Counted from the stretch's first letter, positions 13,400 to 28,167 are shown. The stretch is 64,000 nucleotides of DNA from Octopus sinensis (GCF_006345805.1 NC_042998.1:86676001-86740000); one strand, 5' to 3'. Notes: generated by a model not told the origin, from the sequence alone. Numbers and translations: made by a program.

Positions 13400-13840
13400 T
13401 AAAGTAAAGGGATACAGAGAATGTATATTAGGAGTATTAGAATCTGACAAAGTACTACCTACAGAAATGGAAGTGAAAATTGAGAAGGAGTACAATAGAA
13501 GGGTGAGGAAGCTAAGGAACTGAAAACGAAATGGTCTGAATCTAGAGAAAGCTGTAAATACTTGGGCAATATCATTACTTGGATATTCAGCAGCTTTTGT
13601 AGATTGGACAAGATCTGAATTAGCAAAGTAAAATGTGTTTGAACAATTGGTTGGTGGGTGGGGACAAAAGTTTTTGCATGGCAAATATGTGACCTGTTAT
13701 GAACAAGCTGATGTAGACCAGAAGCACATGCATCAGTGGTTATGGCACTCAGGGCTAAAGGCACAGAGTGAAAGCTTTATCCTGGCTGCTCAAGATCAAA
13801 GCTTATTGACCCAGAATTTCCAAGCCAATGTGATGTGAAC
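13400..13840 (+). mobile_element. Degenerate R4/Dong fragment
   Basis: HQWLWHSGLKAQSESFILAAQDQSLLTQNFQANV matches the conserved post-RT block. Confidence 0.7.
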
Positions 13841-13974
13841 AATCTGGTGTCTTTATTTTAAGGGCCTACAAATGTATGTAGTGAGTCTCTTTACCCTAGG
13901 TGTCAGGAAGACACTTAGCAAGAAACAAACCAAATTAAAAGAAGTTAATAGTAATAATAATAATGATAATAATA

Positions 13975-14018
<44 letters not shown>

Positions 14019-14039
14019 AAGGGGGCGGTGGTGGTGGTA

Positions 14040-16987
14040 GAGAATTGCTACCAAAGCTCTCAAACAGTATAAAAACTAACAACATAATCATGATATTTAA
14101 TGTTGCTCTTAGACAGATCATAAGAAATGAGAGAAATGACTTTACAACCTTAAATAACCTCATCTCTTCCACTGCTAAAGTTGTAACTGCTCGATTAAGT
14201 ATCAAGATGACACAGAAAAGGACCAACCATGTCACTAGACCTTTTGAGTGGAAAGTAGCAATACAAAAAAGAGATTGAATTTTTGTAGGTGGACGCATCA
14301 GTTCTGGATGAACTTGCTAACGGAGTAAACAAGCTAGAAAAATCAAGCAAAAATATAAAATCAAAAGATTTTATAAACCTCCCTAGGAACTAGTGAAACA
14401 ACCAAGGAGCTAGTGAAACAACGAATACAACTGAAAGCCCAATGACTCAGAAGGCATGACAAAAGAATCAAATTTTATTGACAGAACAAAGTATTCAAGA
14501 CGGATGCAAAGAAATTTTATAGGGAAACTGGCAGATTAAGACAGAAGTAAAGGAGCCACCTAAGACTAAGGAAATGGCAGAGTTCTGGAAGAAGATATGT
14601 TGAAGTGCATAAATGGGAGGCAACAATAGTAGAAGAGCTAAGATGTGTTCTTAGAAAGTCTCAGAAATGGAAAACCTCAAGACTGGATCAGATCCCTAAC
14701 TTCTGGCTGAATTGTTTGACAGAAATACACCAAACTTTCACTGCATCCCTCACTGATGTCATCCAGAACCCAGAGCAAATACCAGCCTGGTTGACTGAAG
14801 GAATAACATGCCTTCTACCAAAAACTGAAGACAACAAAATTCCAAACTACCAACCTATCTCAGCATCACCAACATATCTCAGCATCACCTACAAGATTCT
14901 CACATCCATACTAACTGAAAGAATATACACTTTCCTGGAACAGAACTCTATTCTTCCACAAGCTCAAAAAAGTTGCAAAAGAAATTCTTACGGATGCAAA
15001 GATCAATTACTCATAAATAAAATGATTGTAGAAAATTGCTGGAGCAACAAGAACCTGAGTATGGCATGGATAGACAACAGGATGGCATTTGATAGTGTGC
15101 CACGTAATTGGCCAATCAAGGTCCTTGAGATATACAAGATCTCTCCTGTCATCTCCAAATTCTTACAAGGTAGCATGGCTAAGTGGAATACACGTCTCCT
15201 AAACCATAGTAATGGTATGAACCAATCTAACATCAACATCAAACGAGACATCTTTCAAGGTGACTCCTTCTCCTCATAATTCTTTTGCATGGTTCTAACC
15301 CCAGTCTTGAACTGAGTAACACCAGGTATGGGTTCAAAATGTAAATTATCTGTTTTATATGGATGATCTGAAGCTAGATGATGAATAGCTAGTAGGGCTG
15401 TTAAGAACTGTTAAAGAGTTAAACAATGACATCAGGACGGATTTTGGCCTTGATAAGTGTGATAAAGCAACTTTGGTAAGAGGCAAGCTCAAGCAAACAG
15501 CTTCTATTAAATTAGATACTAACACTACCATCAAGGAGCTTGACTCACAAGAAAGCTATAAAGACCTGGGGATAAATGAAGGAGATGTTATACAACATGC
15601 TGCTATGAAGGAAAAAATATGAAAGGAGTATTACATAAGAATACAACTCATACTACAAACTGAACTCAACTCCAAAAATCGCATCAAAGCCATGACACTT
15701 CCAATAGTCCAATACAGTTTTAACATCATTAATTGGAATCTTACAGAGCTCCAATGCCTGGACAGGAAGACAGGAAAACTACGAACTAATAAAAACATGC
15801 ACCACCCAAGAGCAGATGTTGATTGTTTGTACCTACCTAGAAGTATTGAGGAAAGAGGAATGATGCCAGTAAGACCTCCACAATAGCAATGAACAAGTAC
15901 TTATCTGGTACAGAGGACTGGATGCTGTAGCTTGTGTGCAAACATGAAAGCAGCACAAAAATCACATTCTGTTGTCAAGGAAGCTTGAAAATTCACAAGG
16001 GAACGTGGCATTAACCCTGAATTAGATGAAGAACTTGAAACCAATGTCACAAAGAAAGCAAAACAGATCAAATAGACTGCTAAAAAAAGACAGGCAGAAA
16101 CAAACTGAAGAGCACTGGAACCAGAAGCCTCCACATGAATAGCATATACTTTGAAGCCTAAATGTTGATGTAGACCAAGTAGCAACCCATCGGTGGCTGA
16201 GAAGCTCAGGACTGAAAGCAAAGACTGAAGGTTTCATATTGGTGGCACAAGATGAAAGCTTGCTAACTACCAGGCTAATGTTCTTCAAAACGGTTCTGAC
16301 CTTAAATGCAGATTCTGCAATGCATTTGATGAAACAATAGACCATCTTGTCTCAGGATGTCCTGTGCTGACACCAAAATGAATACAAAATCACCATGATA
16401 GGGTAGGACAGTATTTACATTGGAAAATATGTAAACACTACAAAATCAGCACTCCTGCTTAGTGGTATGAACATCAGCTTGAGCAAGTTGTTGAAGGTAA
16501 AAATGTCACTATCCTCTGGATGACCAGACATAGTCATTAAAGACAGCGAAGAAAATACTTGTAGCCGAATATATGTTCTACTGATGAAAATATATCTGTA
16601 AAGGAATTTGACAAATTAAATAAATATAAGGACCTGGAAATTGAAATACATAAGATGTGGCATCTTAAAGCAAGAACTGTTCTTGTTATTGTGGGTGCCC
16701 AAAGTATGATAAGAAAGAGATGTCAGAAACATCTAGATAATATCCCAGGAAAACCATGTCTCAGAGAAATCCAAAAGATTGTGCTGACAAGTACTGCCCA
16801 CATCCTTAGAAAAACCCTATCAATTTAAATGTATGTGCTGTATTACATGAAGATATTTTGCTACTGCTCCTGCCACTTACCCTCCCCAAGCTTTCAGTCA
16901 TACTATGATACCTCTTATCCTTCACTTGCCCTAGGATGCTGGTTGTGTCTTGGAAAGAGATTGTAACAAACCTGCAGATAAAAAGTA

Positions 16988-16990
<3 letters not shown>
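14040..16990 (+). mobile_element. R4/Dong-clade element, decayed, same subfamily as 10844-13375
   Basis: ORF pieces (14605-15279 etc.) are colinear with copy 1 and the 3' UTR is shared. Preceded by (AAT)(GAT)n at 13947-14017 and followed by (TAA)n at 16988-17052. Confidence 0.88.
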
Positions 16991-17034
<44 letters not shown>

Positions 17035-17052
17035 TAATAATAATAATAATAA

Positions 17053-20000
17053 GAGGAGACACCGGGGACGTTTAAGATGTAAGAAGGAAAATACAGAGCT
17101 CCGAAATCTATCCACAAACATCGAAAACAAGGACACCCTATGGAGCCAAAGATTTACTAACAAAGAATTGGACTATATCCGAGTAAGTAATACGAATTGA
17201 AATTTATTACTATTTTCGAAACGAAATGATGCATTTTGACTTGATATTATCTCCACCTCTAACACAACACATGTAAACATGCGTGGAACAACACGATCAT
17301 CCCCGACCTCAAACACCATGTACAAAGGAACTACGAAGAAATTAAATGCCACCGATACTATTCAACCCAAGAATAACAATCGAGCGGTACGTACATTAAA
17401 CCTACAACAAAAAATGTATGAAAAACTACATGTGCGAAATAATGTGACAACAGAAATAAACGGACCGGTACCCTACGAAAATGACGACCGTCAAAATAAT
17501 GGGCTGGACGTTGTACCTCATGTCCCGCAATTAAAACCCAAAAGACGTAAATGGACACGTGAGGAATACATTTCTATCTTACGCGCATACTTCACAGCAA
17601 TGCTCTACCCACAAAATGAAAATACAACAACACATACATATAAAATATGGAAGGAAAATAATAGAAATATAGACTTGGATACAGCAATGAACCCTAATAA
17701 ATTAGCTAACGTACGAAGATACATTCTCAAAGCCAAAAAAATATCAGAAATAGAAATAGAACATTTAAAAGAAAAAATACACCAGGAAAATGTAGATAGA
17801 AGCCACACAACAATGCCCAATAATATAAACACTGAAACTGTAAAACACGAAGACAAACGCAACATTCCCAACAAACACGATATAAACAACGAAGGGGAGC
17901 CTAATGATTATGATAATATAAAAAATAAAATAATCAAAGAACTGAAAACCACAGAGCCCAAAATGGACCACCGACCATACCTCCCAAGAATAAAAATAAA
18001 CGCAATAACAACACCAATTATAAACCACATAAACCTAGCCATCACTGAACTAGCCACTGAAACAAAAAAAAGTGATATCACTGAACTAAATGACTTGATA
18101 TACGCAGCAGCCACTGCAGCCACAAAAGAAGCTGGATACTCACCCAAACCCGCCCAACAGGAGTACCACCACCCAAACAAACCCTGTGGATAAATAACAT
18201 CCAAAACAAAATAAAAAAAATTAGAAAAGACCTGTCGATTCTTAATGAAATCAGCAAACAAGCAACGCTACTGAGCAACAAAAAGAGAACAAAAATGCTC
18301 CGCAAATATAACATCACAGAAAAAGATTTGCCGGAGATAAAAGAAAAGCTGAAGCAAGATATCCTTGCCAAAGCTCAAAGGATCCGCCGGTACGAGAAAC
18401 ACCAACGCTTCTTTGAACAGAACAAAAAGTTCAACTCCGACCCCAAAAAGTTCTACCAAGAACTGGGCAAAAATAAAATAGAAGTCACTGCAGCACCAAC
18501 GGCAGAAGAATTGGAAGAATTCTGGAGAGAAATATGGTCGGCGAACGAACAGCCAAAAAAAAGGAGTATGAAAATAACAAACTCGGCATCTGAACAACTT
18601 TGGACCCCCATAACAACTGAAGAGGTCACCCAGGCACTGCAAAAACTAAGCAACTGGAAGGCACCTGGGCATGACAAGATCCCCAACTTCTGGTTGAAAT
18701 ATCTAACAGGAATGCACAAAAAGCTGGCTGAAAACTTTAACAGCATACTAGCAGAGCCAGAGACAATGCCTGAATGGCTCACGAAGGGGAAAACCATCTT
18801 AATTCCCAAATCAAATGAAACAACAAAACCAGAAAACTACAGACCAATAACCTGCCTCCCTACTATGTTCAAGGCATTTACTGCAGTGATATCGCAAAGG
18901 CTGAACAAGCACCTGGACGAAAACAAACTGTTCCCAGAAGAGCAGAAAGGATGCCGCAAGGGCTTATATGGCTGTAAAGATCAACTAATGATTAATAAAG
19001 CCGTAACTGAAGACAGCCACAGAAAGAAGAAAGGCCTCAGTATGGCCTGGATTGACTACAAAAAGGCGTTTGATAGCATCCCCCACACATGGATCCTCGA
19101 AACACTAGCCATTAACAAAGTAGCACCAACAATCATAAAATTCATAGAGCACTCTATGAATAAATGGCAAACAGTCCTACACCTCCAAACAAAAGAGGGA
19201 CTCATGAAAACCAAAGACATCCCCATTAGAAGAGGAATATTCCAGGGACACACGCTCTCTCCACTCCTTTTCTGCTTGGCACTGTCACCTCTATCTGATA
19301 TGCTAAATAGAACTGGATGCGGATATAAATGTTACGGCAAAACGATCAGCCACCTTTTATATATGGATGACCTAAAACTATACGCTGCAAATGACAACCA
19401 GCTGGAAACACTATTAAAGACAGTTCATGGATTTACCAAAGAAATAGATATGAAATTTGGATTAGAAAAATGCACCAAAGTAACCATGAAAAGAGGAAAA
19501 TTAGTTAAGAGTAGCAACATCACACTAGATAAAACCAATGAAATAAAAGAATTAGACCAAAGCTAAACTTACAAATACTTAGGAATCCATGAACTAGATA
19601 AGACACAACACACACAAATGAAAGAGAAAATAAAAAAAGAATATTATAGACGAGTTAGATCAATACTAAAAACAGAGCTCAATGCTAAAAACAAGATAAT
19701 AGGTATCAACACTTTAGCTGTCCCAGTTATAAGTTACAGCTACAATATCCTTAACTGGACACGAAATGAACTGACCAAAATAGATAGGAAAACAAGAAAA
19801 ATAATGACAGGATCTAGAATGCATCACCCAAAATCTGACATAGAAAGAATATATATACAACGTATAGAAGGTGGTAGAGGCCTTATACAGCTGGAAAACT
19901 ACTATAAAATAACCACCATAGGACTGCAAAATATCTACTTCAGAAGGAAGGAAAACTGATCCAAATAGCAGCAAAACATGAGCAAAACAAAAAACTGTCC

Positions 20001-21016
20001 TCAGTATTTAAGGAAGCTGACAAATACAAACAAGAAATCATACCACCTAATAAACACAAAGAAGAAGAAGAAGATGATGAAGAAACAACAAAAGCTATAA
20101 AACAAATGAAATCCAAACTAAAAATAGAACAGCAACGAGCCATGATAAAACGATGGCAAGAAAAGCCCCTTCATGGTAAATACTGCACTAAACTAAACGC
20201 AAAAGAAATAGACAAAGAAAAATCCCAGCAATGGTTGAGAAGCTCAGGACTCAAAGCAGAAACAGAGGGATTTTTAATTGCAACACAAGACCAAAGCCTC
20301 CTCACCAGAAATTACCAAAAACATGTAATGAAAAGAAATATTACAAGTAACTGCAGAATATGTGGAGATGGACAAGAAACAATAAATCATATTATCTCTG
20401 GCTGCCCAGTCCTGGCTAAGAAGGAATATATTCACAGACATGACAGAGTTGGAACTTACATACATTGGAAGCTATGCCAACATTATGGAATAACAACAGA
20501 AAAAAGATGGTATAGGCACACACCAGAAAAGGTCACAGAAAACGAGAAAGCAACCATACTCTGGGATATGCCGATACACACAGATAGAGAAGTTAAGGCC
20601 AACAGACCAGATATAGTTCTCAGAGATCATGAAGAAAAAAAATGCTTTCTAATTGATGTATCAATACCGGCAGATGACAACGTGTCTCTAAAAGAAATGG
20701 AGAAACTCTCAAAATACAAAGACCTGGAAATAGAGATAACCAGAATGTGGAACCTGAAAACAGAAACAATTCCTATCATAGTAGGTGCATTAGGCATGAA
20801 AAAAAAATATTCAGACAAATACATAACAAAAACACCAGGACTTACAAACACATATAACATACAGAAAATTGCACTACTAGGCACTGCACACATCCTACGC
20901 AGAACACTTTCCATACAATAACCATCAGAGCATCACAACAAATCACAGCACATACCCAAGGCACACAGAGCTGCGCTCGGTAGTGAAGTGAAAGCACGCT
21001 ATAAAAAATAAAACTA

Positions 21017-21020
<4 letters not shown>
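17053..21020 (+). mobile_element. Near full-length R4/Dong-clade element (single long ORF with few lesions)
   Basis: N-terminal KRRKWTREEY (Myb/SANT-like), RT YMDDLKLY, CRICGDGQETINHIISGC, RHD, RPDIV..LIDVSIP.D...K..KY. Flanked by (TAA)n on both sides (16988-17052 and 21020-21126). Confidence 0.93.
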
Positions 21021-21096
<76 letters not shown>

Positions 21097-21127
21097 TAAT
21101 AATAATAATAATAATAATATTAATAAC

Positions 21128-21645
21128 TTCCCTGATGCAGCACCAGGCAGTGGCCCTTATGGCTTTTGATCTTAACTGATTGGAAGTACTATCATGTACA
21201 TTGTTTTGTCTTGGTATAAAAGATGGGCTACAGCAAATATTCTGCTCAATACCACAGATTTGCTTGTGAGTTGTTTGACCTTAACCAGTTGATGGCTGAT
21301 GATATGTGCATCTCTGATCACTAGAAGAAGTATTGGGGAGCATCATAACCATGTGTTGAGAGGAATTCTTTGGGGTTTGAATAAGTCACCTCTGGAAACA
21401 TGGGTGTTTCTTTCAACATACTTAATAAACTTTAATCAGGGATCTTTTGAGTGGGATGGGCTACTTGACTTGAGGAAAATTTTAACTGGGCCCCACTTGT
21501 AAGGTTATGCACTGTTACCTTGATATGAGATCACCATGTTGCACATGTATGGTTGTGATGCACACGCCTGGTGCACTTGTATCAGGTGGGTAGTCATTAT
21601 AGGTATATTGGGCTTTGTATATTTTGCCTCAGTGTCACTCTCACT
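21128..21645. repeat. ~520-bp interspersed repeat, copy 2
   Basis: Colinear with 10262-10790. Confidence 0.75.
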
Positions 21646-21669
21646 CTCTCACTCAATAATTATAATGAT

Positions 21670-22190
21670 GATCCTGGGCTTGGCTAAAAGAAACAAAAAT
21701 GTTGCAGAACAATGCAGAGAAACTACTAAAGAGAAAGAATAAGAAACAGATAGTCAAGTGTGGAATAGGAGAAAAGGACAAGAATGAAATTCAAAGATTG
21801 AAGAAAACCTTTGTAAGAGAGCCACTGAAGATATATGGGGAACAAAATCCTAGGTTTGGCTAAAAAAATAGGGCAAAAAAAAAGAAACAGAAAACCTAAT
21901 TGTAGGTGATAGAAGCAAAGAATTTGAGGTAAAATGTACATGGGAAGAATGTATCAGAAAATTGTAGAATCTGTGACAAGACAGTGGCATGCATTGTTGC
22001 AGAATGTCCCCAGTTAGCACAGGAAGCATACAAGAAATGGAGGCATGGTGAATTTTTGCAGTGGAAGCTTTGCCTGAAATGATTTGAAGCTGGAAACACA
22101 TGGTATGAACATGGTATACAAAAGGAGTAGGGTTCAACAAACTTGTCGAAAACTCCCCATGACAGACAGTTTATAAGAACTGACACAAAT
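21670..22190 (+). mobile_element. Highly degenerate R4-like RLE fragment
   Basis: Remnants of C..C...ETV.HIVAECP.LAQ..YK..RH...WKLC..WYEH. Confidence 0.5.
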
Positions 22191-22574
22191 GCTTATTTGG
22201 AACTAAAAAAAATAATATATCCAAATGACATTGAGCTCTTTAGGTTAAAGCCAGACAAAAGGAATTTGTGAAGGTCTTTCATTAATGATGATTTTTCTGA
22301 CAAGGCAGCTGAATCAGCTGACCGTCTCAAAATTCAAGGTAATTGACCTTCTTCTATTTTGCTTCTCTGCTAAATATAGTCGTTTTCAGAGTGGAGTGTG
22401 TGAATATATGTAACCAAAATGTTTCATCCTGATAATATCTAGATAGAGTATTTGTTAGGTCAGAGGATAGGGATACTGTAGGGTTGCCACAATACAAATT
22501 GGTCAGCTACACAGACCACAAGTTTGTGATGATCTGCACAGTCCAGTTAGATAGGACTCATAGACAAGGACTCG

Positions 22575-24670
22575 TAACCAATGTCCAGTGACGTGAGGAC
22601 CAAAGAACTGAAGTATTCTGGATTGCAAGACAGTGTGTGAGAGAAAATTGTGATGTCACAGGAGAGAAATGTGTCTGCATGGATGATGGTGTACTTGCTT
22701 TAATGATTCAGAAAAGAAAGAGGCTTGGAGGAGCCATTATGAAAGACTGCTGAACGTGGAGAATGAATGGGAGGAGGAGAGCCTGCCAAATGTTGACCAA
22801 GTAGAGGGACCAGCTATCTGAATAGACAGCATCCCGGTAGATAAAACAATTAAGGATATGAAGCCAGGAAAAGCCCCCGGCCCATCAGAAATCTCTGCTG
22901 AGAAGCTTAAAACATTTGTTGGTGTGGGCTATGGCCTAGTCACCCATATCATAAACCAGGTAGTCCGTGATGGTAGCAGCACCATAGTTAACTGCTACAA
23001 AGGTAAAGGTGATGCTTCAGATAGAAATAACTACAGGGGTATCAAACTGCTGGATCAAGTGATGAAGGTCATGGAGAGGGTCATAGCCCAACTAATTAGG
23101 GAGAGAGTCTGCCTAGATAAGATGCAGTTTGGTTTTGTGCCAGGTAGAAGCACCACTGATGCTATATTCCTGGTATATCAACTGCAGGAGAAATACCTAG
23201 CCAAAGATAAACCCCTATATTTGGCTTTCGTGGACTTGGAGAAAGCTTTTGATAGGGTCCCCCAATTTCTTATCTGGTGGGTGATGCAGAAACTGGGGAT
23301 TGACGAATGGTTAATAAGGGCTGTACAGGCCCTATACTGAGATGCCGTTAGTAAGGTTAAGATTGGAAATGAGTATAGTGAAGAATTCCGGGTAGAAGTA
23401 GGGGTCCACCAAGGATCAGACCTCGGCTCCATCTTATTCATCATAGTCTTCCAGGCAATAACAGAGGAATTCAAAGCAGGTTGCTCCAGGGAACTCCTCT
23501 GTGCTGATGACCTGGTCCTTATAGAAGAATCACTACCAGAACTAGAGAAGAAATTTCAAGTGTGGAAGCAAGGTTTAGAATCAAAAGGCCTTAGAGTCAA
23601 TGGTAACACCACAGATGATCAGAAAATAGTGTTTCACATGCTAGAGGGAGAAACTAGAAGTAGCTGATAGCTTCCATTACCCAGGTGACCAAATGTGTAG
23701 TAGGAGTGGATGCTCGGAGAGTGTTATCACTAGAATAAGAATAGCCTGGGCAAAGTTCAGAAAGCTTCTACCCCTACTGGTGACAAAGGGCCTCTCGGTC
23801 AGAGTGAAAGGTAGATTGTATGATGCATGTGTATGAACTGCCATGCTTCACGGCAGTGAAACATTGGCTGTGACTGCTGAAGACATGCGTAGGCTCAAAA
23901 GAAATGAAGCTAGCATGATCCACTGGATGTGTAATGTCAGTGTGCACACACGACAGAGTGTAAGCACCCTGAGAGAAATGTTAGACACAAGAAGCATCAG
24001 ATGTGGCATGCAGGAGAGATGTTTGAGTTGGTATGGTCATGTACTACGGATGGATGAGGAGAGATGTGTGAAGAAGTCCCACTCCCAAACGGTTGAAGGA
24101 ATCCGGGGTAGAGGTGGACCCAAGAAGACATATGATGAGGTGGTGAAGCATGACCTTTGAACTAGGCCTCACAAAGGCAATGACAACAGACCAAGACCTC
24201 TAGAGGCATGCTGTGACTGAGAAGACCTGACAAATAAAGTGAGTCCACAGCTGTAACCTACACCAGTGTCGCATAACCAGCCCACTCAAAAGTACCTTGG
24301 ATCAAAAGGCAATGTGCTGCACTTGAATAGACCTATTGAGTTGAGACCTGTTGAGTCAAGTACATCAACATCAACAGCAATATCACAATCATATCAAATG
24401 GAAATTGTAGATGTGAGCCCTGTGCTGGTAGCACGTAAAAAGCACCATCCGATTTTCGTCGATGTCAGCCCCTCTGGCTCCTGTGCCAGTGGCACATAAA
24501 AAGCACCCACTACTCTCTCGGAGTGGTTGGCATTAGGAAGGGCATCAAGCTGTAGAAACACTGCCAGATTAGATTGGAGCCTGGTGCAGCCTCCTGGCTT
24601 CCCAGACTCCAGTCAATCTGTCCAACCCATGCCAGCATGGAAAGCAGATGTTAAACAATGAGGATGATGG
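22575..24670 (+). mobile_element. RTE-clade LINE, 5'-truncated and decayed, with 3' UTR ending in a (GAT)n-like tail
   Basis: RGIKLLDQVMKVMER, QFGFVPGRSTTDAIF, FVDLEKAFDRVP, GVHQGS, ADD and RGRGGPKKT motifs. Several stops. Confidence 0.88.
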
Positions 24671-24862
24671 TGTTAAAATCTTACATCCAGAGATAAGGTG
24701 CATCACTGTTTCAATCTCATCATTGTAGTATGGGCACATTAAGTCTACTCCCATTTTTCATTATATTGGATTGGTAGTTACTGGTCAATAAGCTTTGATC
24801 TTGAGCAGCCTGAAGAAAGCCTTTGCTCTCTGTGAAGGCTCTATCTTAGCTGTGAGTGTTTG

Positions 24863-24920
<58 letters not shown>

Positions 24921-25132
24921 ATTTATTTAAAGGACAAAATACATAGATATACATATATATATATAAATCCATGTACGTGTGACTTTGTATCTGTGTTGTA
25001 ACATTAAGTTTTCATACACTCTACCCCAATGAATCAATAAAGCTGTGCGAAAACTTAATGTTACAACACAGACACAAACAAACATGCGCACGCATACACA
25101 CACATGTATGTATATATACTGAATATATATAT

Positions 25133-27660
25133 ATCCTTAAATCCTTAAATCCTTAAAAATGTTTTAGCCCGAAGGCTGCGGCCATGCTGGGGCACCACCG
25201 CTGAATGAGCTACACTAGTTTGTGAATCCACCTCTGATACGTGGCACTTGATCAACAAGGGAGTTTGATGCTGCTGCCCGCATCCGCGTCTCCTGTCGTG
25301 AGGTAGGTTCATCTGGGACTCCCAACAAGAAGAGATCCAGTTTAGTTTTAAAGAAACCCACATCCACACCATGTAAGTCTCTCAGGCATTTAGGGAGGAT
25401 GTTAAAGAGCTGTGGTCCTCTGAAACCCAAGCTGTTGCAGTATCTGGACCTGTATTTTGATGGTGATGTTGGAATCCTTGGCACCACGCAGCGGCGCCCC
25501 GTTCTGCGGTTGGAGTAACTTTGAATGCCAAAGTTTGGGACAAGACCCTCCAGGATTTTCCAGATGTATATCACTGCATATCTCTCCCGCCTCCACTCCA
25601 GGGAGAAGAGGTTTAATACCTTCAGTCTTTCCCAGTAGCTGACATTTTGCATTGAGACGATTTTCTTTGTGTAGCTTCTCTGAATTGCTTCGAGTTCTGC
25701 TGTTTGTTTTATATTGTGTGGTGACCAAAGTTGGGAGCAGTAGTCCAAGCGGCTGAGGACGAATGTTTTCCATAGGACCATCAGTGTCTCCTTCTCTCTT
25801 GTTCTGAAAGTTCGGAGAATCCATCCAGCTAGCCGTCTGCATTTTATCACCAGATTAGCAATATGCATTTGGAAAGATGCATCATTGCTCATGTCAATGC
25901 CCAGGTCACGCACTGATTTTGACTCAGGGATTGCAATTCTTCCTGGGCCAGTGTATCCAGTCTTCACGTCATTTACCTTTGTGTGCCAGTAGCGCAGGGC
26001 CTGGAACTTACCTGCATTAAACTGCATGTTGTTGTCCTCAGCCCACCTGTATATTGTGTCCAGCTCATGTTGCAGATGCGCAATATTTTCAGGGTTTTGT
26101 ATTGTGTGGGAGACTTTTGTGTCATCTGCATAGCTAGCAAGGGTAGTCATCGTAGCAACTGAAGGCATGTCTGAAAGGGCCACTATGAACATCAGTGGCC
26201 CCAAGACAGTGCCCTGTGGGACACCGCTTGTTATTTGCGTTTCCTTGGAGGTGGCTCCATTGCTCACAACTGCCTGTTTTCTGTCTTTTAGGAAGTTGTG
26301 CAGCCACTCTCCAAGTTTCCCGCCTATGCCGAGACCACGCAGTTTGTGACAGATCATACCATGGTCGACTTTATCAAAGGCTTTTGCAAAGTCGAGATAT
26401 ATTACATCCACATTTGAGCCATTTAGTAGCTGTTTCAACACCCAGTCATAGTGTTGCAGGAGCTGTGTTAGGCAGCCTCTACCTGGTCGAAATCCATGCT
26501 GGGTGTCAGACAGCAAGTCATTTTCTTCAAGGAACATGATTAGTTTCTTATGGACTATTCGTTCCATGACTTTGCTGATGTGTGAGGTCAGAGAGATAGG
26601 CCTATAATTTTTAGCATCTGCTCTGCTACCTCCCCTATGGATAGGGCATATTACCCCCTCTTTCAGTTTGACTGGGAGCTTACCACTTGCAAGAAAGCTC
26701 TGAAAAAGAAGCTGTAGCGGTTTTGCAAGGGCTCGTTTGCACGATTTGAGAAGGATCGCTGGGAATCCATCAGGTCCAGCAGCTGAGTTTGTGTCAATCT
26801 CATCAATGGCTAGTGTGATATCATCATCTTCGATGTTGATGTACTCAATTTTTGTCTCTTTGGCCGCAGGTAAAGTGGCAAAGAATTCTTCTGGGTTGTT
26901 TACTTGCCTGTGTCCTAGAGGTGTAGTGAACACACTTTGGAACTGTTCGTTCAGTATTTCACTTATCCTCGTGGGATTTCCTGTGAGAGAGCCATCTTTT
27001 TGGAAGAGAGGTCCTATTCTCTGGTGCACTGTGGCTGTCTCTTTGGCAAACTTAAAGAAAGCTTTAGGGTTTGATTTTATATTTTCTGTTACCCAAGCTT
27101 CTTTATCTGCTCTCTCCTTTCCATGGGACTGATGTAGACTTTTCTCAATTTCCATTAGCATTCTTTCGAGCCGAGACTTCTCACCACTTTTGGTGTGCTT
27201 GCTCAGGCGGTTTGCAATCCTTGTCCGTCGTCTCATAAGAATCCTCCTTTCTCTAGGGATCCTGTTTTTGTTCTTGTGTGTGCTGGCCCTGCACACTGGG
27301 ACATATTTGTCACATATGGCTTGTATTATGGATATGAAGTGTTTGTGTTTCATGTTTATGTCCGGTGTGGAGAGACATTCAGGCCAATCCTGTTTGAGGA
27401 TCTCTTTCTCAATCAACTTCCAGTTGGCTTTATGAAAGTTTAAGTTGGAGAGATGGTGGGTGCTTCGTATAGGCTGTGTGTCTGCGGGGGCTTTTGTTCC
27501 ATACATAGACAGCTCTATTATGTTGTGATCCGAGATCATTGTCGGCATCACATTAACATTATGGATAATATCCATATTGTTTGTGAAGCAGAGATCCAGT
27601 ATATTTACTGCCCTTGTTGGTTGCAGAACTATTTGCTCCATGAAAGAGGCATTTGTGAGA
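25133..27660 (-). mobile_element. CR1-group LINE, 5'-truncated, ORF2 remnant intact (end of APE + RT)
   Basis: Uninterrupted ORF: PTR...ILDL..SDH, YLDFAKAFDKV, GVPQGTVLGP, YADD, LDYCSQLWSP, LEWRRER. Ends in an 8-nt (TTAAGGAT)3 tail. The first ~30 aa of the computed ORF lie outside the element. Confidence 0.93.
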
Positions 27661-28167
27661 TGGAGCAGGGATATATATAAATATATATTTATAAAAAGTG
27701 TAGGTGGCATACAAGTGGGTATATATTTATAAAAGTTTGAAAATGCCACTATATAAGATAAATTTTAATTTTCTTATAGATTTTACATGTTTCGGTTCTT
27801 CTTGAAAACACAAACCTTATCAAAAATATGTTAAAAAGTTAAGTGTAATAAAAAAGTTCATAAGTGTTTCTTACTAGTCTCAACAGAGTCCACGTGATGG
27901 TGTTTTGTGGGTGGGCGGGAGCATAATGGCTGTCTTGTGCGTTGACTACAATCGTATTACTGTTGGCTGTAATCGTGAAAGTGACCGTTGTTCATAATAG
28001 CAGTAGTAGCAGAGACCGTTGGTTGTAGTAGTAGTAGTAGTAGCAGTAGTTGGGGGGAATTGTTTTCTGAAATACGTCATCTTTATCATAGAATGAATTG
28101 ATATGAAAACTAATGAAAAAAATATTTGCTGAATTATATTTTCTTAATATTTTGCTTTTTTTTGCAG

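Noticed and set aside
17053-17170. HDV-like ribozyme at the 5' end of the full-length Dong element
   Set aside because: I could not build consistent P1/P2/P3 pairings by eye; a descriptor search is needed.
27660-27749. Start codon and N-terminus of the 844-aa ORF
   Set aside because: This is AT-rich flank read through by chance; the LINE is 5'-truncated within the endonuclease.
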